A stretch of DNA of 32,000 nt from an uncultured Desulfuromonas sp. (lineage in GTDB: Bacteria > Desulfobacterota > Desulfuromonadia > Desulfuromonadales > Desulfuromonadaceae). Positions 8,106-16,896 of this stretch are shown piece by piece. Where the stretch lies: positions 1,512,225-1,544,224 of the forward strand of contig OY781461.1 of NCBI GenBank assembly GCA_963676955.1, given 5' to 3'. Below the pieces are notes generated by a model. It had not been told where the DNA came from, did no database searches, and saw nothing but the letters and a program-made list of their open reading frames with translations. The translations under genes and the position numbers were made by a program. Each line of letters begins with the position of its first letter. Within the stretch, counting starts at the first letter, position 1.

Positions 8106-10469
8106 TCAATGCAGTTTTTTGGTGAATTCCAAAACATTAAACGGTGCGTCGCGCCGGTAGCTCACGTCATCCATCAACGTGCGCAGAAAATGGATGCCCA
8201 GGCCGCCGATATCGCGTTGTTCCGCCTCCGACCTGAGATCCGGCTCCGGAGCCTCGAGGGGGTTAAAGGGAACGCCGTCATCCTGGAGACGCACCCGATA
8301 ACCGCCGTGTGTTCCCCACAACTCAATGGTAAACGGGTGATCTCCACCATCGGGAAAGGCATAGGTAATGATGTTGGTGACCAGTTCATCCAACACCAGG
8401 TTGAGTTGAAAGATGGCGGTTTGGTCAAGAGCGATGGTGGCCGAAAATTTTTCCACCGCATCGCCGAGTGCAACGAGCTGGCTGACGTCATTGGTCAAAG
8501 TCATTGTAATATGGCTCTCGTCGGAATTTTCTTGTCGGTTGCCATAGGTCAGGCTCAGGCTGGTGATGTCATCCGATTGTGCGGCGTCGGCTGCGTGGGT
8601 CTGCACTGCGGCAATAATTTCAGCCGTCAACTCTTCGGCGGAACGGTTGGCTTGTCCGGCCAGGATCGCCTGCAGACGTGTTTCGCCAAATTCCTCGTTA
8701 TTCGGATCAAACGCCTCGGTGACGCCATCGGTATAAAATTGCACCGTGTCACGGGGCTGTAGCTGGTGCTGCTTCTCCAGATAGTCCAACTCCGGCAGGA
8801 CGCCAAGGGCGGTGCCTTGGCATAAAGGCAGGGCCGTGACTTCGCCGACGTGCGTCACCAGCGGTGGGTTGTGGCCGCCGTTGGCGTAGGTCAGCAGGCC
8901 GGTTTCAACATCGAGAATGGCATAAAACACGGTGACAAACAGCTCCAACGGGTTTTCGCGGCACAGGATGTTGTTGACCCGCTGCAAGACCTGACCCGGT
9001 GCAAGGCCGGTCATGGCCGAACCGCGCAGTTCGGTGCGGGCGACGGCCATGAAAAATGCCGCCGGAACCCCTTTGCCGGAAACATCCGCGACCACCAGTC
9101 CGAGCCGGTTTGCGTCAATCTGGAAAACGTCATAAAAGTCACCGCCCATTTCGCGGGCCGGGATGGTGCGGCCATAGACCTGATAACGGTCATGCTGAGG
9201 AAACTCCGTCGGCAGGATCGCCATCTGCACGGCACGAGCGGCATCCAGCTCGCGTTGCAGGGTGCGATGAGCGTATTCCAGTTCACTGTTTTTTTGTTGC
9301 AGATCACGGGTGCGGTCTTTGACCTGACGATCCAGATCCTCTTCGCGGGCCTGAACCTGCTGCGCCATGCGGGTAAAAACCTGGGACAGTTGGCCCAGCT
9401 CGTCACGGCGCTCAGTAACCGGTTGCATGGTGTGGGCATCAAAGCGCCCCGCTTCAATCTCGGCCGCGGCGTCCGTTAAGGCAATCACTGGGCGGATCAT
9501 GCGACGGCCGACACTCAGTGAGACCAAGGTTCCGATGAGTGCCACCAGCAAACCCACCATGACGGCATTGGTGACAAGCTCTTGCAACGTGGCATTGATA
9601 TGGGCAGTGGGCAGTCGTACCAGGGTGACGCCGATGGGCTGGCCGTCCGTACCGGGAATCGGTGCCATCACCGTCAGATTCTGCGACGACAACAAACTCA
9701 TCGGCTCGTTTGCCTGATAGACCTCGGCCATTTTTTTCAGTTCGGTCGTGTCCGGGCGCTGATCCCCGCCGAGAATCGAGTCGTGGGCGATGGTCTCCAT
9801 GGTGCGATTCACCACCCAGATGGCGTTGATGTCGCCACCGGCGACCAATTGGCGGATGATATATTCCAGACCGATCCGTTCGTTGAGCTGGGTGAACAGC
9901 CCCATTTCGTAGCCCACTTGAACGATGCGCGGCTGATCAATGCCGGTGACACCGACATATTTAAACATTTTGCCATCAATCTCGCGCGGTTGCGCCGGTT
10001 GTACCACCTCAGACGATTCTCCGCTGAGTAACGGCCAGAACGCGGCGGCCTGAGATTGCTGCCGGGTATCGGCGGTGAAGGTGAAATCAAGGCCGAGATT
10101 ATTCAGAACGGCATGGCCGTGAGCATCGCTGATCCACAACTCATCCATGGCCGTGGAAGCGGTCAGTTGGCGTAATTGACTATTGATCTGTTCCTCGCTG
10201 AGCCCGGCTTGCTGGGCCGCGGCCACGTAATAGGCAGCCAGGCGCGCCTGGCTGACCATCTGCTCGTCCAGCACCTGTTCCACCGCGGCCGGGATCTGTA
10301 CCGCGGCCCCGGCACTGCGGGCGAGCAGAAGTGCCACAATGTTGCCCTCGGCCTCGGCCACGGTCAGCAGTTGGCGGCGGGCATTGACGGCGAGAACGAT
10401 GGTGGTCAAGGCCACGGCAAGGATCACCAGGCCGGTGGTGAACAAGGTCAGGCGCTGTTTAAAACCCAT
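8106..10469 (-). CDS. Membrane sensor: TM, periplasmic domain, TM, HAMP, PP2C (SpoIIE/RsbU-type) phosphatase, C-terminal RsbW-like kinase domain
   Basis: Two hydrophobic segments flank a ~270-aa extracytoplasmic region. A HAMP-like segment (RRMIRPVIALTDAAAEIEAGRF) and a coiled coil follow. PP2C motifs are GGDFYDVF and VVADVSGKGVPAAFFMA. The C-terminal HATPase has an N-box (DELVTNIITYA), G1 (QDDGVPF) and G2 (IGGLGIHF). Confidence 0.85.
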   Translation of the reverse strand: MGFKQRLTLFTTGLVILAVALTTIVLAVNARRQLLTVAEAEGNIVALLLARSAGAAVQIPAAVEQVLDEQMVSQARLAAYYVAAAQQAGLSEEQINSQLRQLTASTAMDELWISDAHGHAVLNNLGLDFTFTADTRQQSQAAAFWPLLSGESSEVVQPAQPREIDGKMFKYVGVTGIDQPRIVQVGYEMGLFTQLNERIGLEYIIRQLVAGGDINAIWVVNRTMETIAHDSILGGDQRPDTTELKKMAEVYQANEPMSLLSSQNLTVMAPIPGTDGQPIGVTLVRLPTAHINATLQELVTNAVMVGLLVALIGTLVSLSVGRRMIRPVIALTDAAAEIEAGRFDAHTMQPVTERRDELGQLSQVFTRMAQQVQAREEDLDRQVKDRTRDLQQKNSELEYAHRTLQRELDAARAVQMAILPTEFPQHDRYQVYGRTIPAREMGGDFYDVFQIDANRLGLVVADVSGKGVPAAFFMAVARTELRGSAMTGLAPGQVLQRVNNILCRENPLELFVTVFYAILDVETGLLTYANGGHNPPLVTHVGEVTALPLCQGTALGVLPELDYLEKQHQLQPRDTVQFYTDGVTEAFDPNNEEFGETRLQAILAGQANRSAEELTAEIIAAVQTHAADAAQSDDITSLSLTYGNRQENSDESHITMTLTNDVSQLVALGDAVEKFSATIALDQTAIFQLNLVLDELVTNIITYAFPDGGDHPFTIELWGTHGGYRVRLQDDGVPFNPLEAPEPDLRSEAEQRDIGGLGIHFLRTLMDDVSYRRDAPFNVLEFTKKLH

Positions 10470-10470
10470 G

Positions 10471-11634
10471 TTAAACCTCAGAATGCACGGGTGAGGGTGT
10501 CCTGGCCTGTTGCATCAACAGCACCGACACCAGAGTGAGAACCGCCATGGCATAGAAAAATACCCCATATCCCAGGGCGCTGATCAGAACACCGCCGAAC
10601 AGCGGACCGACAAAAAAGCCGGCCATGACCATGGCCAGAAAGATATTCTGGTTGAGAGCCCGTTTTTCCGGCGCGGAGATGTCAAACAACACCGCACCCT
10701 GCAGGGGCATGGCAACACCCCATCCCGCGCCCAGCAACACCGCCAAGCCTAAAAAAAGGCCTTCTTGATGGAACTGTGGAATCAGGGCATAGCTGACCAT
10801 GGCCGCCGCCATGCCGATCATGCTCATGGTCACCTTATCATAACGATCAAAAGCGCGTAACAGCAGCACGCGGATGAGGATCATGGCGGCGGAGGCTGCG
10901 CTGAAAAAGATGGCCGGATTTTTCAGATCCACGGAGGCACCGTAGGCGCGAATATAGTAGAAAATTGACGAATAGCCGCAGAACAGCAGCAGGGTCGACA
11001 GCTGCAGACACAACACCGGTCTGGAACGGAAACTGTCGACGACGCTACGTAATCCCGTGGCCTGATGCGCCACGGCAGCGGGGATTCTACCCTTGGGCAG
11101 GAAGACCGCCAGCACCGGCAAGAGTGACACCGCTGCGGCCAGATAGAGCACGGTTGTGAATTGGCCCGGCTGCTGGACACCCAGATCGATGATCACCGGG
11201 ATCACGGTATAGGGCAGCAAACGGATCAATGTAAAGACGCCGAACGCCTCGCCGCTGCGCCCTTCGGGGATAAACTCGATCAGCATTACCACCAGAGGCG
11301 CCTGGATAAATACCAGGCCGCAGCCCTGCACCAGGCGCAACAGTGAAAATTGCCACACCGTGCCGGCCTGTGCCATCAGCACCAGTGCCGTCGCATAGCA
11401 TAACACGCCGAGCACCAGCCAGCGACGGGCGTTTCCGTTGCTGACATAGGGGGCCAGCAGCAGTTGGAACACCAGCGAGGCCAGAGCATCAAAGCTCAGG
11501 ATCATGCCGATGGCCTGGGTGCTTATGCCGAGGTAGCCCAGATACTCCGTAAAGGAAACAAAGCAGGCCATTGCGCTGATAAACGCGCCGAACAGTAGCG
11601 TGATACTGATGAAACCGCGATTATAAAGACGCAT
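10471..11634 (-). CDS. MFS transporter
   Basis: The 387-aa protein has about 12 hydrophobic helices. Its stop codon lies 1 nt from the start of the sensor-phosphatase gene. A GGAG sits upstream of ATG 11634. Confidence 0.8.
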   Translation of the reverse strand: MRLYNRGFISITLLFGAFISAMACFVSFTEYLGYLGISTQAIGMILSFDALASLVFQLLLAPYVSNGNARRWLVLGVLCYATALVLMAQAGTVWQFSLLRLVQGCGLVFIQAPLVVMLIEFIPEGRSGEAFGVFTLIRLLPYTVIPVIIDLGVQQPGQFTTVLYLAAAVSLLPVLAVFLPKGRIPAAVAHQATGLRSVVDSFRSRPVLCLQLSTLLLFCGYSSIFYYIRAYGASVDLKNPAIFFSAASAAMILIRVLLLRAFDRYDKVTMSMIGMAAAMVSYALIPQFHQEGLFLGLAVLLGAGWGVAMPLQGAVLFDISAPEKRALNQNIFLAMVMAGFFVGPLFGGVLISALGYGVFFYAMAVLTLVSVLLMQQARTPSPVHSEV

Positions 11635-11995
11635 GATACTCCAAGGAGATGGATCCTGCTGTGCCCCATCTTTTTAGGAATGCACAATAGTTGCGCCGGA
11701 CCATGATTAATCTTGGTGCGTGAGTGGTGCGGCGGAGGTGCTGCTTTTGTTTATGTTTCATCTGCTTTGAGCCTGGGCAAAAGGATGATAACGTGACATC
11801 GACGCTGTCTGTGAGAGAACAGAAACGGATGTTTATCCTGGGCTTGTGTCAGCACGGCACGCCATAGTCCTTCTATGGCAACGACCTGTAACGCTCCTGA
11901 CGCGAAAAAGACCTAAAATAGTACCATGAAAGCTGATTGAGAACGCCGCCTAAGATGAGCCATTCATTAATACTGAAATTTTATGGAACTTCATT

Positions 11996-13507
11996 ATGAC
12001 AAAATTATCAACAGGTTCGCGAGCTATTTTTCTCGCCAAACTGTCTCTTCCCGTATCACGCTCCATGGTGTCGGTCGCGGTAGGTTGTGCGGGTCAAGTG
12101 ACCCAGGCCTTGCAACTGGATAAGACGTTTCGCAGTCAATTGGAGCTGGCGGTCGAAGAAGCTTTCAGCAATATCGTTGAACATTATTCCGTCATTCCCG
12201 GCGCCGATGATCGTATCCACGTGGCTTTTGCTCTAAACGCCGATACGCTCGTTGTTTCCCTGACGGAAAAAGGCATGCCGTTTTCTCCGGAGGCCGGACC
12301 GCGCTATTCCTCTGAGCGACTTGAAACCATGGAACGGCCGGGACTGGGAACCTTGCTGATGAGCCAGTGCGTGGATCATGTTGAGTTTCTGTTGCATGGG
12401 CGGCAAGGCAAAGAGACGCGACTGAGCAAGACGCTCACGGATGTCACGATTCCGGAGGATTTACTGCCGCTAAAGCAACCGCACAAACCGCAGCGTTTAA
12501 CTGTGGACGATTTTGAGATTCATTGTCCAGAGGAACATGAATTGGCTGAAATCAGTCGTTTGGCCTGGAAGTGTTACGGCTATAGCCAGGAAGAGTTGCT
12601 CTATGATCTCGACCTGTTGAAAAAGAAGTTCCGCTGCGGCGAGTATCGTCCGGTTGTTGTTATTGATGCAACAACACGGGCCATGGTGATGCATAGCTGC
12701 CTGAAATATCACGATCCGAACAGTCACGTTCCCGAGTATGGATTGGCTTTTGCTGATCCTGCGTACCGGGTTCCACGTCAAGCCGTTCGCGCGATGGCTT
12801 CAAAAGCGTTCGAACTCGCGCGGAACAATGGGGCTGACGGTGTTTTTGATTGTTCGGTAACGACCCATACCGCATCGCAAAAAGGGATGCAGGTCTACTG
12901 TGGTTCCCAGCCTTGCAGCTTATTCTTCGCCATTGCCGCAGCGGGAATGCAGGCCAGAGAGTTGTCCACCTCGGTTCAGGAAAAGGGCTCGGTGATCAAT
13001 CATTATTTCGCCTTTAACCGCACGGTAAAACAGGTGTTTTGCCCGCCACGTCACCTTGACATCATGCGCTGTATCTATCAATGGCTTGAGCTGCCACGAG
13101 AATTTTCTCAGCCACAAACCTGTGCGCTGACAGGCGACGCCGAGACGGATGTGTTTGCACTCCCCGACGAACTCAATGTCGTCTTTATTACGGTGCGCAA
13201 GATCGGCGAACAATCCGTGGAACAGATTGGCCAGGCGCTTCGAGATGCGCGCTTGAAACGCCGTCACGCCGTGTTTGTTTTTATCCCCCTCGGCATGCCT
13301 GCGGCACCGGCGCTGGTTGATCACTGTGAAAAGATGGGATTTTCTTTCGCCGGGTTGATGCCGCATATCCATGACGGTGATGACCGGATTCTGATGCAGT
13401 ATGTGGATTGTCCCGTGAATCTGGACGCCATTCGGGTTTATGGGGACCATTCGCGTCAATTGTTTGATTATGTGGTGCGTGAGTTAAAAGAGGTTGGTGG
13501 GCGTTAG
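11996..13507 (+). CDS. Paralogue of 6181-7698: RsbW-like HATPase module, GNAT-like core and the same C-terminal domain
   Basis: It is collinear with the other copy: LAVEEAFSNIVEHY (N-box), RPGLGTLLM (G2), YGYSQEELLYD, ADPAYR, and the C-terminal CEKMGFSFAGLMPHIHDGDDRILMQYV versus SEKMGFFFCGVLPFGLHGRHTLILQYL. Confidence 0.7.
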   Translation: MTKLSTGSRAIFLAKLSLPVSRSMVSVAVGCAGQVTQALQLDKTFRSQLELAVEEAFSNIVEHYSVIPGADDRIHVAFALNADTLVVSLTEKGMPFSPEAGPRYSSERLETMERPGLGTLLMSQCVDHVEFLLHGRQGKETRLSKTLTDVTIPEDLLPLKQPHKPQRLTVDDFEIHCPEEHELAEISRLAWKCYGYSQEELLYDLDLLKKKFRCGEYRPVVVIDATTRAMVMHSCLKYHDPNSHVPEYGLAFADPAYRVPRQAVRAMASKAFELARNNGADGVFDCSVTTHTASQKGMQVYCGSQPCSLFFAIAAAGMQARELSTSVQEKGSVINHYFAFNRTVKQVFCPPRHLDIMRCIYQWLELPREFSQPQTCALTGDAETDVFALPDELNVVFITVRKIGEQSVEQIGQALRDARLKRRHAVFVFIPLGMPAAPALVDHCEKMGFSFAGLMPHIHDGDDRILMQYVDCPVNLDAIRVYGDHSRQLFDYVVRELKEVGGR

Positions 13508-13606
13508 GTGTTGCGGCACTTATCCAGCACTTCCACATGGATCGGGCAAAATCAGGATCAGATAACGCTTTGGGTAGATATCTAGCAGGAATTTTCGTCT
13601 TGCCGA

Positions 13607-13641
13607 CAACATCAAGCACTTAAAACCAGTCCTTGATGTTG
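13607..13641. terminator. Hairpin between convergent genes (possible terminator)
   Basis: There is a perfect 10-bp inverted repeat CAACATCAAG/CTTGATGTTG with a 15-nt loop. It has no clear U-tract. Confidence 0.3.
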
Positions 13642-13684
13642 AGCGGCCCTCCATGGGCTCCACAGGTCGTTTTTCAGTCGTCTG

Positions 13685-14119
13685 CTAGAGCGCGTCCGGC
13701 TCGCTGTGGGCCAACAGATCAATGACGGTGATATCGGCGAGGATGTGCCCCTCATCATCGATCACGGCCAATTCCTTAACGCCGGTCTTGGCCATCCGTT
13801 TGAGAATGGTGTCCACGCTTTCGTCCGGTGAGGCCTTGACGTTGCCGTGGCTCATCAGGTCGGAAGCTTTTTTGACGCTGAGGCGGCGCAGAATGTCGCG
13901 CGAATGGATCTTGGCTTCATAATGATAAGGGTAGAGAAACCGCAGCAGCGAGCCGAGGGTAATGGCGCCGAGCAGCCTGCACTGCTCATCAACCACATAG
14001 ACCAGACGCGAGTGGGGGAAACGCACCGCCACCTCAACCACGTCACGGATGGCGCAGTGCTCATTGACGCACGGGATTTCTCGATCCTTGATACGCTGCA
14101 TGATCTCTTTAATTTTCAT
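13685..14119 (-). CDS. CBS-domain pair protein
   Basis: The start is taken at the internal ATG 14119 (MKIKEIMQ...), which overlaps the antiporter stop by 11 nt. Two CBS-like repeats are visible (IRDVVEVAVRF...VYVVDEQCRLLGAITLGSLL and ILKRMAKTGVKELAVIDDEGHILADITVIDLL). Confidence 0.8.
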   Translation of the reverse strand: MKIKEIMQRIKDREIPCVNEHCAIRDVVEVAVRFPHSRLVYVVDEQCRLLGAITLGSLLRFLYPYHYEAKIHSRDILRRLSVKKASDLMSHGNVKASPDESVDTILKRMAKTGVKELAVIDDEGHILADITVIDLLAHSEPDAL

Positions 14120-15344
14120 CCGATTCCTCCAGATGTGTTTCACCTGCATTGCTGATCGCCCATTTCACCAGAGGTGGCGAGATCATCTCATTGAGGATGA
14201 TGGATACCAAAATGGCACTGAGCAGCATGTCGAAAATTTCCGTTGGCAAAATCGGCTCGGCCAGAAAGACCAGCCCTAGAGACAGACCGGCCTGCGGCAA
14301 CAATGCCAGGCCGAGATTGCGATAAATCGGTGGCGCCGCATGAGAGATCTTACCGCCCACCATCGTACCGCCCAGTTTGCCGATAAACCGACCCAGCAGA
14401 AGGATGATGCCCAGCACGGCCGACGTGGCAAATACCTTTAAATCAAAATGGGCGGCGGCCAGGGTGAAGAACAGACAGAAAATGGTCTCCTCCATGATGT
14501 CCATCTGATGAAACAGATCATCGGCATGTTTCACCCGGTTGATGATGAAAAAGCCCATGGTCATATTGGCCAACAGCGGCGAAAAGCCAAGATGATTGGA
14601 GATTCCGCTGACCAGAAAGATAGCGCCCAGAGTCAGCATCAGATTACTTTCCGGACGTTTTGACGGTTGAAAAAAGTGACCGAACACCAACCCGCCAAGA
14701 CCTCCCATCAGCAATGAACCGACAATGGTCAGGATGCCTTGCATGATCAGATGATTGTCCGCGTGACTGAGTAACAGCTGTCCGGCAATGGTGATCGACG
14801 CTGAAAACAAGACAATGCTCAACGCGTCATCTAGGGCGACAACACCGAGCAGCGTTGTTGTCAGCGGGCCTCTGGCGCGCAGCTCATGCATGACCGCCAT
14901 GGTCGCTGCCGGAGCCGTGGCCACGGAAATGCCGCCAAGAATGAGGATGACCGAGAGAAAGATTCTGTCGCTTTCGTGCAGTAACGGGGAGAGCAATGGT
15001 TGGCAGACATACACGGCCACACAAGTGCAGATAAACGCTCCGGCCCCTTCCGACAGGTTGATCCAGATGATCTCCTTGCCCAAATCGCGGATCCGCGAGA
15101 TGCGCAGACTGCCGCCGATGGAATAGGCGATAAACGCCAAAGCGATTTCCGAGGTGAAAAGAAACAGACGACTGATCTGTTGATAAGGGATCATGCCGGT
15201 CACCGAAGGGGAGAAGAGCAGACCGGCGACAATATAGCCGCTGATACGTGGCAGACGCAGGATGTTCGCCGCCTTACCGGAAAAATATCCGGTGACGAGA
15301 ATCAGGCCGAGAATGGTCAATGGTTGCAGCGCGGGAACGGTCAT
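14109..15344 (-). CDS. Cation:proton antiporter (Na+/H+ exchanger family, CPA-type)
   Basis: The 411-aa polytopic membrane protein has an N-terminus (LILVTGYFSGKAANILRLPRISGYIVAGLLFSP) typical of Kef/NapA-type exchangers. Confidence 0.85.
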   Translation of the reverse strand: MTVPALQPLTILGLILVTGYFSGKAANILRLPRISGYIVAGLLFSPSVTGMIPYQQISRLFLFTSEIALAFIAYSIGGSLRISRIRDLGKEIIWINLSEGAGAFICTCVAVYVCQPLLSPLLHESDRIFLSVILILGGISVATAPAATMAVMHELRARGPLTTTLLGVVALDDALSIVLFSASITIAGQLLLSHADNHLIMQGILTIVGSLLMGGLGGLVFGHFFQPSKRPESNLMLTLGAIFLVSGISNHLGFSPLLANMTMGFFIINRVKHADDLFHQMDIMEETIFCLFFTLAAAHFDLKVFATSAVLGIILLLGRFIGKLGGTMVGGKISHAAPPIYRNLGLALLPQAGLSLGLVFLAEPILPTEIFDMLLSAILVSIILNEMISPPLVKWAISNAGETHLEESDEN

Positions 15345-15550
15345 AGCACACTCTCATGACAAGACCTCCCCATGGATCAGCTGATTGTTGTCATGGGGCA
15401 CATACACAGTATGACAGATATTTTATGATGCGCAGGGCGGCGGTCGTTCCGGCAATAACACGGTCGGTCTGTTGATTATAATTCGCCACTTTATGCCCAA
15501 AGTGGGTTATCCTGCGACGCAATCATTTCAGACGTGACAAGGAGTTTCTT

Positions 15551-15901
15551 ATGGAAAATGACAGCCAACCGAAAAACAGCGCGCATCCGCTTTATATGCT
15601 GTTGCATGCTGAAGAGATTGAAGAGTTCAACAGCGAACGTGAAGCCAACGAGGATTTCAGCGTGTTAAAAGGGCTGGATTTTCGCGGCCTCGATCTGCGC
15701 GGCGCCGATCTGCACGGCTTTGATCTGACCGATGGCTATTTTCGCCAGACCGATCTACGCGGTCTGGATCTGCGTACCTGCAATCTGGAAGGGGCGAGCC
15801 TGCGTTCCGCCAAAATTTCCGGCACCTATTTCCCGGTCGAGCTGTCAGCGGATGAAATTCTTATGTCGCTCAATCACGGCACGCGGTTGCGTTATCGTTA
15901 G
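15551..15901 (+). CDS. Pentapeptide-repeat protein
   Basis: It carries tandem A(D/N)LXX-type repeats: LDFRGLDLRGADLHGFDLTDGYFRQTDLRGLDLRTCNLEGASLRSAKISG. An AAGGAG lies 5 nt upstream of the ATG. Confidence 0.85.
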   Translation: MENDSQPKNSAHPLYMLLHAEEIEEFNSEREANEDFSVLKGLDFRGLDLRGADLHGFDLTDGYFRQTDLRGLDLRTCNLEGASLRSAKISGTYFPVELSADEILMSLNHGTRLRYR

Positions 15902-15933
15902 AGGCGTTCTCATTCTTAAATACAAAGAGTAAT

Positions 15934-15952
15934 CCCCCAGATTTTCTGGGGG
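15934..15952 (+). terminator. Hairpin downstream of the pentapeptide-repeat gene
   Basis: The 8-bp stem CCCCCAGA/TCTGGGGG has a very short loop. No U-tract follows. Confidence 0.35.
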
Positions 15953-16150
15953 ACCCAAAAAGTTTAGCGGTCTAGGGGATATGACGACACTCTTCCTTTT
16001 ACGTCGCGGGAATGACGGCAAGAAGTGTTTTATTTTGAAGCTTGCGTTGAGGGCCTCGCACTCGCTAAAGCTCCCGGATCGACCGGGATACTTCCTTGAG
16101 AACAGCCTCTATCTACCCATTTTGACGAGGCGGGGAAAGATCTTGAAACT

Positions 16151-16858
16151 TTAGGCGGAGAGGCGATGTTGCTTCTTCCTTAGCGCCATAACCCCCATCA
16201 ATCCAAAGCTCAGAAGGGCAAATGTCGAAGGTTCCGGAACAACGGCACTTTGCTCTTCAACAAACCCCGAATAACTCACATAAGCCTGAGAATAATTATA
16301 AAAGCCGAATAGCCCGGTATTAAAATTCCCTGCAATATCAAAAATGGTTTCGTCGTCAATTGATATGATGGTACGTGCCGCGGAATAGTCGAGAGAGAAT
16401 TCGTAACTTTGGAGATCTCGCCATCCCAGGGAAGAAGAGTATGAACTGGCAAGGATCTCAAGATCGTTCCCTGTATGTCCCCACAGATTAATATCAGAGC
16501 CCGTGATTCGAGAAAGAGTGAAGCCTTCTAGTCCTGAGGTCTGATTGTTCTGCTTCCAGTCGAAAAGGAGATAGTCCTCTGAGCCATTAAAGCCAAAAAC
16601 AAAGCCGATGAAATCGTCATCGCTTGTTGTCTTTACAGTAAATGTCCCTTCAATCAAGCGATTAAAATAGTCAGTGTCACTGACAAAGTAAGTGGGTTGC
16701 CCATTGATGGTTTGCAGGACACTGTAGCCATCGTTACTCACGTTCCAGTTACCCCCTGGAGAGGCTGTCCAATTTTGTAAATTAATTGCCAGGGCAAATG
16801 CCATGGACGGCAAAGAAAAGATCATTACTACAAGGGGGAGCATGACGATTTTTCTCAT
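16151..16858 (-). CDS. PEP-CTERM-anchored secreted protein with a LamG/concanavalin-like domain
   Basis: It has a signal peptide (MRKIVMLPLVVMIFSLPSMAFA). The C-terminal sorting signal is VPEPSTFALLSFGLMGVMALRKKQ (PEP motif, TM helix, basic tail). The DDDFIGFVFGF segment is typical of TSP-type LamG folds. Confidence 0.8.
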   Translation of the reverse strand: MRKIVMLPLVVMIFSLPSMAFALAINLQNWTASPGGNWNVSNDGYSVLQTINGQPTYFVSDTDYFNRLIEGTFTVKTTSDDDFIGFVFGFNGSEDYLLFDWKQNNQTSGLEGFTLSRITGSDINLWGHTGNDLEILASSYSSSLGWRDLQSYEFSLDYSAARTIISIDDETIFDIAGNFNTGLFGFYNYSQAYVSYSGFVEEQSAVVPEPSTFALLSFGLMGVMALRKKQHRLSA

Positions 16859-16896
16859 TTTTTATCTCGTCTCAAAAAGAAGGTTAATAAAAAAAG

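Noticed and set aside
8109-10538. Several 88-217-aa ORFs in alternate frames or on the opposite strand of the sensor-phosphatase gene (8109-8762, 8850-9479, 9011-9457, 9582-10031, 10176-10538).
   Set aside because: All lie within one continuous 787-aa domain-rich ORF. Their translations lack motifs and look like GC-rich shadow frames.
12920-13619. Minus-strand ORFs of 179 aa and 112 aa opposite the second HATPase-GNAT gene.
   Set aside because: They are shadow frames. The plus-strand ORF is collinear with its paralogue along its whole length.
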